Source of the DNA: Azolla caroliniana
Taxonomy: Eukaryota > Plantae > Polypodiophyta
DNA length: 64,000 nt
Assembly: GCA_043228905.1 (NCBI GenBank)
Contig: JBHGNT010000013.1
Location: 7,254,001-7,318,000 of the forward strand
Reading direction: 5' to 3'
Shown one piece after another: positions 1 to 11,901 of this stretch. The translations under genes were made by a program, and so were the position numbers. The notes beneath the pieces were generated by a model, which worked only from the letters and a program-made list of their open reading frames with translations, was not told the DNA's origin and did not search any database. How positions within the stretch are numbered: position 1 is the first letter of the stretch; every line of letters starts with the position of its first letter.

Positions 1-1595
1 CTGTGATCATCAATGAATGTTACGAAGTACTGGGCTCCGCCATGTGACTTCGTTTCTACCTGACACACATCAGTGTGCACCAACTCCAATGGTGCGCTAC
101 GTCTTGTCGGTGGCCTTGAGTGGAAGGAGGTTCGGTTCTGCTTACCGGCCAGGCAATCGGTGCACTTCTCCAGGTGCACATGCTTCACTGGAATATGGTT
201 GTCTTCTGCAAGCCTCTTCATCCCCTTCTCACTCATGTGGCACAGTCTTTTGTGCCACAGCTCACCGGCAGTGTCGGCTGCCACATTCAGCTCTTCCGGA
301 CATAACCGGGCATTCATCAAGTACAGTGTGTTGTTTTTCCGGGCCCGAGCCACTATCAGGCTCCCCTTGCTGAACTTCATTACGCCGTTCCGGATGCTAC
401 CTGTGTAGCCTTCATCGTCTAGCCTCCCGGCCGAAATCAGGTTCAATCGAACCTCCGGAACGTGTCGGACATCCTTCAGCAGCATTTTGCATCCGGTCGG
501 GGTTGTCAACCACACGTCTCCTATGACGGCAATCCGGTACGTACCTTCATTTCCCATCCGAACACAGCCATGCTCACCGGCTGTGTAGGATGAGAAGTAT
601 CTTCTCTCCGGGGTCAGGTGGAACGATGCTCCGGAATCGACCACCCAGGTCGTCTCATCGCCGGCAATGTTTAGTTCACCTTCTTCGGTGATGAGCATGA
701 TTTCTTCCTCACTTGCCGTGAGTGCCGTCGTTCCTTTCCGGTCCTGCCCTCGCCGATCCGAACCTCTCCGGTCCGTGGCTCCCCGGTATGCACCGTTTCT
801 CTCCGGTGACTTCTTCGAATCGGTGTCGTCGGCTCCGTTGTCTTTTCGGTAATGCCGACAATTCTTTCGGAAGTGCCCCGGCTTCCCACAGTGGAAGCAT
901 GTGGGCCTTCCTCTTGACTGCGACCGGGTCCCCGACTTCTCCCGTCTTTGCGGACTCCGGTTCCATTGTCTTCCCCGATCCGATTCGGTAAGCAGCGCCT
1001 TCGAGTCGGAGGCCGGTTCTTTATCTCTCCGACGCGCTTCTTCGTTCAAAATACTTGTCTTTACCGTTTGTAAGGACAAGTTATCTTCGGTGCAGGAGGT
1101 GCTGAGAGTCACCACCAAGTTCTCCCAGCTTTCCGGCAATGTACACATCAAGATGATGGCTTGCATTCCATCCTCCAACGGGAACTTGATCGCCGCAAGC
1201 TGATTCACGAATCCCATGAACGTGCTTACGTGTTCCACCATACTCTCGCCGTCCCGGTACTTGAGATTCACTATCTTCCTCATCAGGGAGGTCCGGTTCA
1301 ACGCATTCTTCCTCTCATAGAGGCCCGACAGCTTCCGCCACATCTCATATGCGTTGGTGTCGTTCGCCACATGTTGTAGAACGCTCACGTCGACGTATTG
1401 CCGAATGGTTGCAACGGCTTTCCGGTTCAGAAGCCTCCATTCCGACTCAAGTACCCCCTTCGGTATTTCCGACCTGTCAATCGGTTCGTACAGGTCCCGA
1501 ACAATCAGAAGATCCTCCATCTTGATCTTCCAGTCGGCGTAATTCTGCGCATTCAGCACCATCATCCCCGGCTGCCCGCTGCCGCCGCCTTCCAT
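1..1595 (-). CDS. C1 Gag-Pol polyprotein, N-terminal ~530 aa (Gag, CCHC knuckle, protease, GAG-pre-integrase, start of integrase)
   Basis: ATG at 1595. Motifs LNAQNYADWKIKMEDLL, CFHCGKPGHFRKNC, WVVDSGASFHL, LWHKRLCHMSEKG and YFVTFIDDH. The first and last motifs are in the same frame, and the ORF track shows no stop-bounded ORF in that frame. Confidence 0.85.
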   Translation of the reverse strand, partial: MEGGGSGQPGMMVLNAQNYADWKIKMEDLLIVRDLYEPIDRSEIPKGVLESEWRLLNRKAVATIRQYVDVSVLQHVANDTNAYEMWRKLSGLYERKNALNRTSLMRKIVNLKYRDGESMVEHVSTFMGFVNQLAAIKFPLEDGMQAIILMCTLPESWENLVVTLSTSCTEDNLSLQTVKTSILNEEARRRDKEPASDSKALLTESDRGRQWNRSPQRREKSGTRSQSRGRPTCFHCGKPGHFRKNCRHYRKDNGADDTDSKKSPERNGAYRGATDRRGSDRRGQDRKGTTALTASEEEIMLITEEGELNIAGDETTWVVDSGASFHLTPERRYFSSYTAGEHGCVRMGNEGTYRIAVIGDVWLTTPTGCKMLLKDVRHVPEVRLNLISAGRLDDEGYTGSIRNGVMKFSKGSLIVARARKNNTLYLMNARLCPEELNVAADTAGELWHKRLCHMSEKGMKRLAEDNHIPVKHVHLEKCTDCLAGKQNRTSFHSRPPTRRSAPLELVHTDVCQVETKSHGGAQYFVTFIDDH

Positions 1596-1624
1596 TTTCT
1601 GCAGCAGTCGCTCTGATACCAGTT

Positions 1625-2235
1625 TGTTGAGAAATCGACGCTCCGATTAGCCTTCACCACTCGGCCACAACCGAGTAAGCGCGAATCAATGCAGCAGAAA
1701 ATAGGAATCACAGAGAAAGACACGAATACACAGAGATTAACGTGGAAAACCCTGCACGGGAAAAACCACGGGAGTGCAAGACTCCAAACCAACACTATAC
1801 ACAGAGAAGTATACAATGGCGAGCTGCAAGGCGACGACCTTGAGCTCGCTGTCCTCGCCACAGGCGGCGGAAATACACAGAGGCGTCGACCTCTTCCTCT
1901 CTCACGCTCTATCTCTCTCTCTCTCTCACGGCTGCTCTCTCTCTTCACTCCTCTTGAGTGGAAAAACAGAAAAATGAGTAGCGACAATAAACCTGTTTGC
2001 CCTAAGTCATATTTATACATATATGACTTTGGGGCTATTTACAACTATAGCCTCAGGGGCCCTTAGCAAACATATTCACGGATATGTCCCTGCATCCGGA
2101 TCTCTCTCCGGGTACATTCGTCATCCGGCTCCGAAGCCGGGGTCTTCATCATCCGGTTCCGAAACCGAAACCGGGCTCGTCGGCATTCATCTCCGACATA
2201 CGACCATCCCATCCGAAGGGACCGTAATCCCAACA
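1625..2235 (-). repeat. 5' LTR of C1
   Basis: TGTTG...CAACA termini, adjacent to the PBS, with a (CT)n tract and a TATA-like motif. Confidence 0.85.
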
Positions 2236-4837
2236 GCTCGATAGGAGCAACTACGCATCTTGGTCGTACAAGATGCACCAGTACCTGCTTGTTCATGGTT
2301 ACTAGAGTTATGTCGAAGGAGCTAACGATACATCACCCGAATCAACACACAGAGACATTACGGCTTGGGAACAAGCGGCAAGCAGAGTTCTTTACTGCTC
2401 CGCGTCCTGTGTGAGCAACCAGCTCTTGAGCTACATTCAGGATGCTAAGACGCCAAAGGACATGTGGGCGAATCTCAAGAGGATTTTCGCCGCTAGCACA
2501 ATGGCCAGGAAGTTGCAGCTCAAGCAAGAGCTCAACAATGTCCCACAAAAAGATATGTCTGTGGTCGATTACACAACCTGAATCAAGGAGATCTGTGACT
2601 CTCTCACCTCCATCAACGTGAACGTCGAGGAGGACGAAATGGTGCAGGTGTGTCTTGGTGGGTTAGCGTCAAAGTTCGGAGCGTTTTGAACGGCGTTCTA
2701 CACAAGGGAGATTATGTCGTCATTCTTCGAGCTTCAGTCGATGTTGCTCATAAAGGAAAATCACCTGGGTGTGTCAACGAGTACACACACCGATAGCAAG
2801 ATGATGTACACGGAGGAAGATAGACCCCGTGGTCGTGGCGGACGAGGCGGATCGACATGCAATGGAGGCGGCCGAAAAGAGCACAACGTGCGGAATAATC
2901 GAAATGTCGGAAGCAATTCCAAACTCTTCCGAAGCAGGGAGAGTCGTAGCGGCACTAGAAGCCGGCAAGACAAGGCCGTAATGGAATGCGAGTACTGGAA
3001 GAAGAGAGCCGATTCGGACAAAGCCGAATCGAGCAGAAGAGACACAAGAAAGCATCAGAAATCGCACTACGTTGAGGGCTCCAAACAAGCCGAAAGTAGA
3101 TCGAGCCCAACCTTCGTATAGAAGCACAAGGCCAATTTGATGGCCGTGAACACCTCGAAACCAAGCGAGGTGTGGTATGTTGATTTTGGAGCATCGAATA
3201 ATATGACTAATCACGAGGAATGGTTCTAATACTTGGAGAACCCGGAAAAGCAAGGAGTGGTCGAAACGGGAGATGACACTCCGCATACCATCAAACATGT
3301 CAGAGAAGTTTACCAAACTGTCGTACTACTGAACTGTCTACTCTGTGTTCTTACGCATACGATTCCACACACGTATTATTTTACATGGTATCAAAGCGCG
3401 AGGGTTGAGACTCCTTTGGAGCCAACATAAAAGCTTGCAATAAAGACAGAGTTACCTTATTGTCTTCGGAAAGGATGGAGCTCGATAAAGACAGCAATAT
3501 GGACAGAGAAATGGCAAGCTCGCTACCAACTGAGGAGCACGACAGGAGCAACTACGCATCTTGGTAGTACAAGATGCACCCGTACCTACTTGGTCATGGT
3601 TACTAGAGTTATGTTGAAGGAGCTAACAATACATCACCCGAATCGACACACAGAGACATTTCGGCTTGGGAACAAGTGGCAAGCAAAGTTCTTTACTGCT
3701 CTGCGTCCTGTGTGAGCGACCAGCTCTTGAGCTACATTCGGGATGCTAAGACGCCAAAGGACGCATGGGCGAATCTCAAGAGGAGTTTCGCCGCTAGGTC
3801 AATGGCCAAGAAGTTGCAACTCAGGCAGGAGCTCAGCAATGTCCGACACAAAGATCTGTATTTGGCCGATTACACAACCTAAATCAAGGAGATCTGTGAC
3901 TGTCTCGCCTCCATGAACGTGAACGACGAGGAAGAAATGGTGCAGGTGTGTCTTGTTGGGTTAGCGTCAAATTTCAAAGCATTCCGAACGGCGGTCTACA
4001 CAAGGGAGATTATGCCCTTGTTCTTCGAGCTTCAGCAAATGTTGCTCGTGGAGGAAAATCACGCGGGTGTGTTGACAAGTACACATTCCGATAGCAAGAT
4101 TATGTACACAGAGGAAGATAGGCCCCGTGGTTGTGGAGGATGAGGCGGATCGACATGCAATGGAGGCGGCCAAAAAGAGTAGAACATGCTGCATAATCGA
4201 AATGCCGGAAGCAATTCTGAACTCTCCGGAAGCAGGGGGAGTCATAGCGGCGCTGGAATCCAGCAAGAGAAGACCGTAATGGAATGCTAGAACTGGAAGA
4301 AGAGAGCTGATTCGGAAAAAGCCAAATCGATCGGAAGAGACGCAGGAAGGCGTCAGAAATCGAACTACAGCGAGGGCTCCGAACAAGCCGGAAGTGGATC
4401 GAGCCCAACCTTCGTAATGATGCACAAGGCCAATTCGATGGTCGTGAACACCTCGAAACCAAGCGAGGTGTAGTATGTTGATTCCTAAGCATTGAATCAT
4501 ATGACGAGTCACGAGGAATGGTTCTCATACTTGGAGAAACCGGAAAAGCAAGGCGTGGTCGAAATGGGAGATGACACTCCGCATACCATTGAACATGTCA
4601 GAGAAGTTTACTGAACTGTCGTAGTACCGAACCGTGTACTCTGCGTTCTTACGCATACAATTCCGCACACGTATTCTTTTACATGGTATCAGAGCGCGAG
4701 GGTTGACTGCTTTGGAGCCAACATAAAAGCTTGCGATAAGGACAGAATTAAGTTATTGTCTTCGGAGAGGATGGAGCTCAATAAAGACAGCAATATGGAC
4801 TGAGGAATGGGAAGCTCGCTACTGACTGAGGAGCTCG
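2236..4837 (+). repeat. Tandem ~1298-bp units of [LTR U5 end + PBS + leader + gag + start of protease] in C2
   Basis: LTR-end segments at ~3309-3385 and ~4607-4683, each followed by TGGTATCA(A/G)AGC (3386, 4684). gag copies at 2236-3310 and ~3500-4608. The third unit jumps at ~4837 directly into integrase. Confidence 0.85.
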
Positions 4838-7172
4838 GCACAGAATGTGAGTCTCGGTGGAAGCTGTTACTTCGTAACCTTCATCGATGACTTCACTCGG
4901 CATACCTGGGCGTGCTTGATCGCGAAAAAGAGCGAAGTCTTCACATGGTTCCTAAAGGTGAAGAGCATTGCGCAAAGGGAAATTGGATGTAAGATCAAGT
5001 GCCTACGGTCCGATGGCGTGAAGGAGTACTTCTCCAAGTAGTTCACGAGTTATCCACGGAAGGAGGGAATTCGATGCGAATTCTCGTGTAGATATACGCC
5101 GGAGCAGAACAGTGTAACCAAGTGGAAGAATCGGACAATCGAAGAAGCTGTCAGGGCAATGCTTGAAGAGAAGCATATGCCGAAGTTTTACTGGGTTGAA
5201 GCTGTAAGGACGGTGGTTTACTTGTAGAATCAGACCTCTGCTAATGGAGGAGTGTCGCCACATGAGTTGTATTACGGCAAGAAGCCAAACATGGCACACT
5301 TCAGGATTTTCGGCAGCATCACGTACGTACATGTGCCGAAGGAGAAACGGAGGAAGCTGGATGCTAAAGCCGAAAAGTGCATCTAAGTCAGCTATTCATA
5401 CGAACAAAAGGGGTATAAGTGTTATAACACCCGAACGAAGGAAGTATGCGTAAGCCAAGAAGTCGTGTTTGACGAGTTCACTTCGTGGTACTTGCCTTCA
5501 CCTCCAATACCACATGACTCCATTCCAAATTCTGAAGAAGAGGTCAGCGAGGCCGAGCTGCCTCCGCGTAATGAGGAAATCGGAGCTCTAACAGAGAGTC
5601 TGATCTCATTTCCGCTAAGTGGGTTTAATGAAGGGTTGGGCCGTGAAGGCCAACCAAACGAAGAGCTGGCGAGTAGTGGAAACTCGATCGCGTTGTCCCC
5701 AAGTAGAGAACCGAGGAGACGGTTTACGCATAAAGAAAAAGGGAAGAAGAAAATGTCGGAACACGATTTCAGTAGTGCCGAGTCAGATCGGAGCGAGTCT
5801 GATTTCGGGCCAATCAAAAAGGAATCTCCACGGAAGAAGTCGAAATCGGCTGAAAAGGCCGTGAAATCGGGTAATCACGAATTACGCCGATCTACCCACC
5901 TGAGAACCCCGTAAAGAGGTATGAGTACAATGAATACATGGCGCACCATTACGCATACATGGCACAAGTGACGGAAGTGTGTGAGCCAGAGAGCTACACA
6001 GAAGCGGCAAAAGACGCCAATTGGCATGCCACGATGGAGGAAGAGATGTGCGCTTTAACGGACAATGAGACTTGGGACCTAGTTGAGGTACCGAAGGGTG
6101 TATAGCCGATCGGATTTAGATGGGTGTACATAGTGAAATACAACATTGACGGCTCCGTCAACCGATATAAGGCCCGTTTGGTTGCGAAAGGCTACGCACA
6201 GAAGCACGGCGTAGATTATGACGAGACCTTCGCACCAGTTGCAAAGATGACTACCGTGCGAGTTTTGCTAGCCATAGCTGCGGCGAAGGGGTGGCATCTA
6301 CATCAGATGGATGTAAAGAATGCATTCCTACAAGGTGATCTTGAGGAACGGATGCACATGGTACAGACCCCCGGATTTCTATCCGAACAGAACACGTTGG
6401 TAGTCTGTCGATTGAAGAAGGCGTTATACAGACTTAAGCAAGCCTTGCAAGCTTGGAACGCGAATATTACGCAACAATTTCATAGAATGGGGTTTACAAT
6501 GTCCAAGTCGAACTCTTCATTATTTGTTCGGGAAGGTAAACATGGACCGGTCAGCCTTTTCCTTTATGTTGATGATTTAGTCATCGCCGGTACCGACCTG
6601 GAAGAAATCGGCTGCATCAAGTCTCAGCTTGCGGCATCATTCGAAATAAAGGATCTTGGTGACCTTCATTACTACCTCGGGATCGAAGTGATCCGTTCCC
6701 CCAAAGGCATATTGATCAATCAGTGTCATTACGCGTTGAATATGCTCTTCAAGTTCAGGATGGCAAATTGTAAGCCCATCTTGACCCCTCTGAATAGAAA
6801 CGTAAAGCTTCGCCGAGATTCGGGAAAGCCATGCGACCCGACACGGTTTCGACAGATTGTCGGAAGCCTCATTTACTTGACAATCACTCGGCCCAACCTC
6901 AGCTATCCAGTCGAAATGATCAGTCAATTTATGTTGTAGCCCATGACCGAACACCTTCAGTGTGCGCAAAGAATATTACGATATGTCAGCGGCACGAAAG
7001 ACATGGAGTTGTTGTATCGTGCAGGCGTAGCCGAACAGTTAGTTGGCTACATGGATGCCGATTGGGCCGGAAATGCCCACGATCATAGATCCACTTCCAC
7101 ATACCCATTCTCATTGGGAAGTGCGGCGATCGTGTTGAGCATTAAGAAACAGCCGACAGTAGCGTTGTCAAG
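4838..7172 (+). pseudogene. C2 integrase-RT-RNase H remnant, part 1
   Basis: [44 protein letters not shown]; many stops and frameshifts. Confidence 0.9.
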
Positions 7173-7642
7173 TGTTGTCCGCCAGAATTGTAACCGCCAG
7201 ACATAATGCGTAAAATATGAAAAATGTATTAGAAGCATTAAGGAAAGAGATGTAATGGTTCACACAAGAAGTGTGACCGGCTGAACGCCCTGTGTATATA
7301 AAGGGCAGAAATCCTCTGTACGAGGTAGCATGTAATTTTTAAGCGTGAGGTTTTTCTAATAGAACCTTATCTTCTCTGATTTTCTGTGTGTGTGCAACCC
7401 GTGTTGTCTTGTGTAATCTCTGTGCTATTTGTAAGTGCATCTCTGTAAGCATAGGGTAAGAGTCAGCATAGTAGCGCACTCAAGTTCTCGGTCGTAGCCG
7501 TGAACCTTCACCCATAGATACGCATTATTACATAACTAATGGATTACGGCTCACGCCTCCTGTGGCATCATACCTTGCCACGCAATCACCTTAAGGTCTA
7601 TCTCGAAGGACTAAAGATAGACAGTGTTCCATATCGATAACA
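7173..7642 (+). repeat. G1 5' LTR
   Basis: TGTTGTCC...GATAACA; colinear with 51880-52349 and differing mostly by transitions. Confidence 0.95.
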
Positions 7643-7646
7643 TGTT

Positions 7647-7660
7647 TGGCATGCCTGGTG
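7647..7660 (+). other. G1 primer-binding site, probably tRNA-Arg(UCU)
   Basis: TGGCATGCCTGGTG lies 4 nt after the LTR. It equals TGGCACGCCCGGTG after two CpG transitions, resembling the Arg-type PBS of Tat/Ogre elements (recalled, not searched). Confidence 0.65.
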
Positions 7661-7696
7661 ATCTGTGATTTCTCACAGATGAATAGCAAGGGATGG

Positions 7697-10236
7697 ATGT
7701 CTAGCCGTAGACGACCCAGAGAACCGACCCGGCAAGACTGACCACTCACGAGGTCCATCACACGTCAAACAGAGGACCGCGCAAAGCAAAAACCTCACCT
7801 TAGCTATTCCTTTCAGGACTACAAAGTCGACTCCACGCTCACAAAACACCGCGACGTCAAGCAGGAAGTCCTGTCACCACACGAGAACCGTGGTCTTCTC
7901 GTGCCCACCATAGTGTCCGGAATGGTCTTCTCCTATCCGCGCTTCAACGGCAAAACAGACGTCGCAAGCCACATCCACTTGTTCCTGAATGTTTGGAACA
8001 ATAATCACATGGCGCAGCGGCTTCCAGAAGCGGAAGCGCACCAATCGAAGAGTGCAGAGTTCGGATTAACTCTAGATGGTAGAGCAGTGTGCTGGCACTC
8101 TCAGATGGAACTAGCAGCAATCACAACCTTCGATCAGTTGCAATCAGCATTTTAGCGATTTTTCCATAGAAGGGTACCGTTACGAAAGATTATTGGGCAA
8201 TTTTACACCATCAAGCAATCGCCAACAGAATCCGTCGCCAATTTTAGTCTACGATTCCAAAGTCTACGACGACAGCTTACACGGGCTCCAACAGATGAGG
8301 AAGCTAAGGAGACATTTTTGGCAGCCCTCCAACGACCTATCAAAACGACGTTGAACACGCATAGTGTGAAAGGGGAAACAGACGATATGGTTATCAAGCG
8401 AGCATTACAGCTCGAATTGGAAGAAGAAGAGGATGGATTTTCCATGTCGTCGTTACGCCAGGCATTGCCTCAGGACGAGGAACACCGCTTCCGCCAAGCT
8501 ATTCAATGCACGATCTATCTCAACTCCGAGCATTCCGCGGTGGAATGCATTATGCGAATTCATTACCCATTTGTCACTCAAAGGCACACACGGTCAAGCA
8601 GTGTGAATACAATATGCTTAACACACCTACACCCACAGTACGACGCGTAGAACCACAACGGCCACTTCACCAAAATGATCAAGGGCGACAAGAGGAACGA
8701 CCCCGATATACGGAACGAAATCCGCACGATGACCATCACTATCGTAATCGCCGAAACAACAACTTATATTCCGATGAAGAGGAACTGGAGGACGAAGAAT
8801 ATTGGGGCAACAACCGATATAATAAAGGGGGGTGTCGTTATAACAATCGATGTTTTGCAACCAATCGCGGGGGATTCAATGGACCATGGCCATAGGGACA
8901 TAATAGGCAGTATAAGGACCAACGTCGGTATGACGAAAGTTCGGAAGATGAGCGGCGCCAGGAGACACATCGTGAACCCCAACACCCACCACGGAATAAC
9001 AAGAGGCTTCAACAAAATCAGGATGAACAAGCAATAGCCATGGAAACGGCTACACCGCTAGAGAGAGAGACAGGCGAGTCCAGTGTCCATTGTTTCGTAT
9101 GCCAATAACCCAGACATTACGCGACTCAGTGTCCACTTCGCAAGGGCAAAGGACCTGCCGTAAATACGATTACCGCGGAAGTTCAGCAAGTGACAACACG
9201 GCAACGAATCAAGAACGCGGAGTGGGTTGTGCAAGAGGAGATACGCAAAGTGGCCCAAGCCTGGGTAGAAAAAGCTAACGGGGCAAATACGGAACATATG
9301 AGGCAGGAATCCACAAACAGCTTACCAAGGGGAGAAGATATGGCATCACCGGATTCCATATGGCAGGCACTGGCGGATTGCAAGATAATGATGGCCATGG
9401 AGAAGCTGCTCCGACTGGTTCCGCAATTCCGACAAGCAGTGGAGAAGCGCATTACGGGCACATCTAGGATAGATGTCTCGACAAATTTTGTAGAAACCAG
9501 TTCCGGTCCAACGGTACTAGACCATCACAGCCCAGCCATTAAACTGGTGATACAGGGTCAAGAAGTTGACAGATGTATAGTCGATGGGGGTTCTGGCGTC
9601 AATGTCATTAGTACGACTACATGTGAAAGATTAGGAATTTCGAATTTTGAAGTTTGCCCTTTTTGGCTTCACATGACAGACACCAAATCTGTCTGACCCT
9701 TAGGGTTGATCCGGAAATTAGGCATTATCGTCGGCGATCATCATTTTGACATTTCGGCAGTGGTATTGGCACTTGATGCGCCAGGAGCGTACCCAATATT
9801 GCTCGGCAGACCGTGACTTCGGACGGCTAACATCAAACAGGACTAGCAACATAATTGTATCAGTTTTCGACGAGGATGCAACAAAATCCACGTACCCACT
9901 CACGAAATGGCTGCACAACCCAAGGGCATAACACCATTATATGTAGAAAACATAAATATGCTAGAAGGGGTAGGTGATGCAGAATTGGAAGCATACCTTG
10001 ATGATCACCCGCGGATCGTCCCATTATTTGAAATTGATATTATAGAAACCGTTGCAGATTACGCGCCCAATAATACGCTTCAAGAAGAGGCATACGAGCT
10101 GGATCAAGAATCATTACTAGAGCTAAGCAAGGCACGAGCAGCATTTGAACGGGAAATGGAAATCTCACGGCGAGTCTCCGCCTCAGCATTAGAAGACATC
10201 AACGTCGGAATGACAACGGATGCACAAATACTCTCG
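7697..10236 (+). pseudogene. G1 gag-protease remnant
   Basis: YPRFNGKTDVASHI capsid-like segment, CCHC knuckles at ~8506-8610 and ~9085-9135, protease IVDGGSGVNV; several stops and frameshifts. The start is approximate. Confidence 0.85.
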
Positions 10237-10632
10237 TCTTCTAATGTTGAGGCAGAGACTCGCTGTCAGATTTCCATTTCCCGGTCCAATGCTGCTCGTG
10301 CCCTACTTAGCTCTAGTAACGATTCTATAATATCAATTTCAAATAATGGGACAATCCGCGGGTGATCATCAAGGTATGCTTCGGGCTCCGCATCATCTAC
10401 CCCTTCTAGCATATTTATGTCTTCTACATATAATGGTGTTATACCCTTGGGTTGTGCAGCCATTTCCTAAGTGGGTACACGGATTCTATTGCGTCCTCGT
10501 CTAAAACTGATACAATTATGTTGCCAATCTTGTTTGATGTTAGCCGCTCGAAGCCACAATCTGCCGAGCAATATTGGTTACGCTCCTGGCGCATCAAGTG
10601 CCAATACCACTGACAAAATGTCAAAACGATGA
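10236..10632 (-). repeat. Inverted (foldback) copy of G1 9738-10197
   Basis: Minus-strand ORFs 10266-10463 and 10439-10726 repeat the peptides of plus-strand ORFs 9907-10365 and 9746-9931. The loop is ~38 nt, and the inverted arm has a ~60-bp deletion. Confidence 0.92.
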
Positions 10633-11901
10633 CAAAGCACGCATTGATATGCAAATATGTACGCCGAACTTCAAACCGAAGAGATGGAAGTTGTGTTCGA
10701 AGGGGCGTGTTGAGAATCGAACTCAATTTCCCATAGGAATTGGTTCACCCTAGGCCATGGACATACCAGGCTAGTTTTGTAAATAGCAGAAAGGGCGCTT
10801 GCCCTAGCTTAGTTGGTATATAAACCAACTCATTGTAACTTAGTGCTTGCTAGAATAGGTTCACACTAGCCTATGGACATACCAGGCTAGTTTTGTAAAT
10901 AGCAGAAAGGGCGCTTGCCTTAGCTTAGTTGGTGTTCAGAGACAAGCTCAACATTCGATGCGTAATCGGGTGCGTAACCTAGTGCGTAAACCGGGTGCGT
11001 AAAACCGTGCGACGATAGGCCGTAGCGGTGCGTAAACCGCGAGGCCGTTAGAAAGATATTCCTCGTAAGGGAATAATTTTGGGAGTTTGTGTAGTCGGCT
11101 CATTTATGAGCGGTTAAGTACTATGAGTACTTGTGTCAGCCCGATTGTCAGGGCTTGTATATAAGGTGCGCACTGAGCACGCAGTATGTACAGAACAAAG
11201 AGTCATTATTTTTGAATCTGAGTTTTCTATGTCTACTCTCTCTCTCTCTCTGTCTCTCCCTCTCCATCTCTGCGTTTTCTGTATTTTACCGAACTGTCTT
11301 ATTCCTCCATGTAGAAAGTAGCGTGCGGAAGCAAGTATGAAGACCGAACAGAAGGAAGGAAACTCAGGTTTAATGGAGAGCTTGAGCTTACGCAGTATAC
11401 GCGGGAGAGACAGAGAGAGTGAGAGAGAGACACACACAAACTATATTCAACACTCTATTCACAACTCTATTACATATGTGTGTTTCATGAACACTTTTGT
11501 ACAAGTCCTCGAAGGACTGATTGAAGTACTGACCGTACTTCAATGCTCTTTAAGAGCTCCTACACTAACTCCCAAATATATTCCTCACTGAATATCTTTC
11601 CTAACGGCCTCCCGGTTTACGCACTCGGCCTAACCGATCGGTCCCAACCGATCCGGTCCTCGGCTTCTTCAGCCGATCCGGCCGATGTTGAGCTTGTCTC
11701 TCAACACTCCCCCTCAAGCTCAACTTGAGGCTCTTCAGGACCTTCGGGATCTTCGGGCTCACAGCTCCGATTCCTCCTGGCTTCACGCCTCGCTCGCGCT
11801 CCTCGACTTGTTCGACTCCGCGCACTTCGACCCTTCCGGTCGGCTTGTCTGCTCATGTGGCCCTTATCAGCTCTTCTACTGTTGCGGTGTTGACGCTTCT
11901 C

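Larger units (their letters stand above)
1..2235 (-). mobile_element. Ty1/Copia LTR retrotransposon C1 (Tnt1/Tork-like), 5' part; continues off the left edge
   Basis: LTR 1625-2235 (TG..CA). PBS TGGTATCAGAGC (tRNA-iMet) on the minus strand at 1610-1621, then a gag-PR-INT frame. The right flank resumes the gag of another Copia (GCTCG ATAGGAGCAACTAC = KLDRSNY). Confidence 0.93.
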
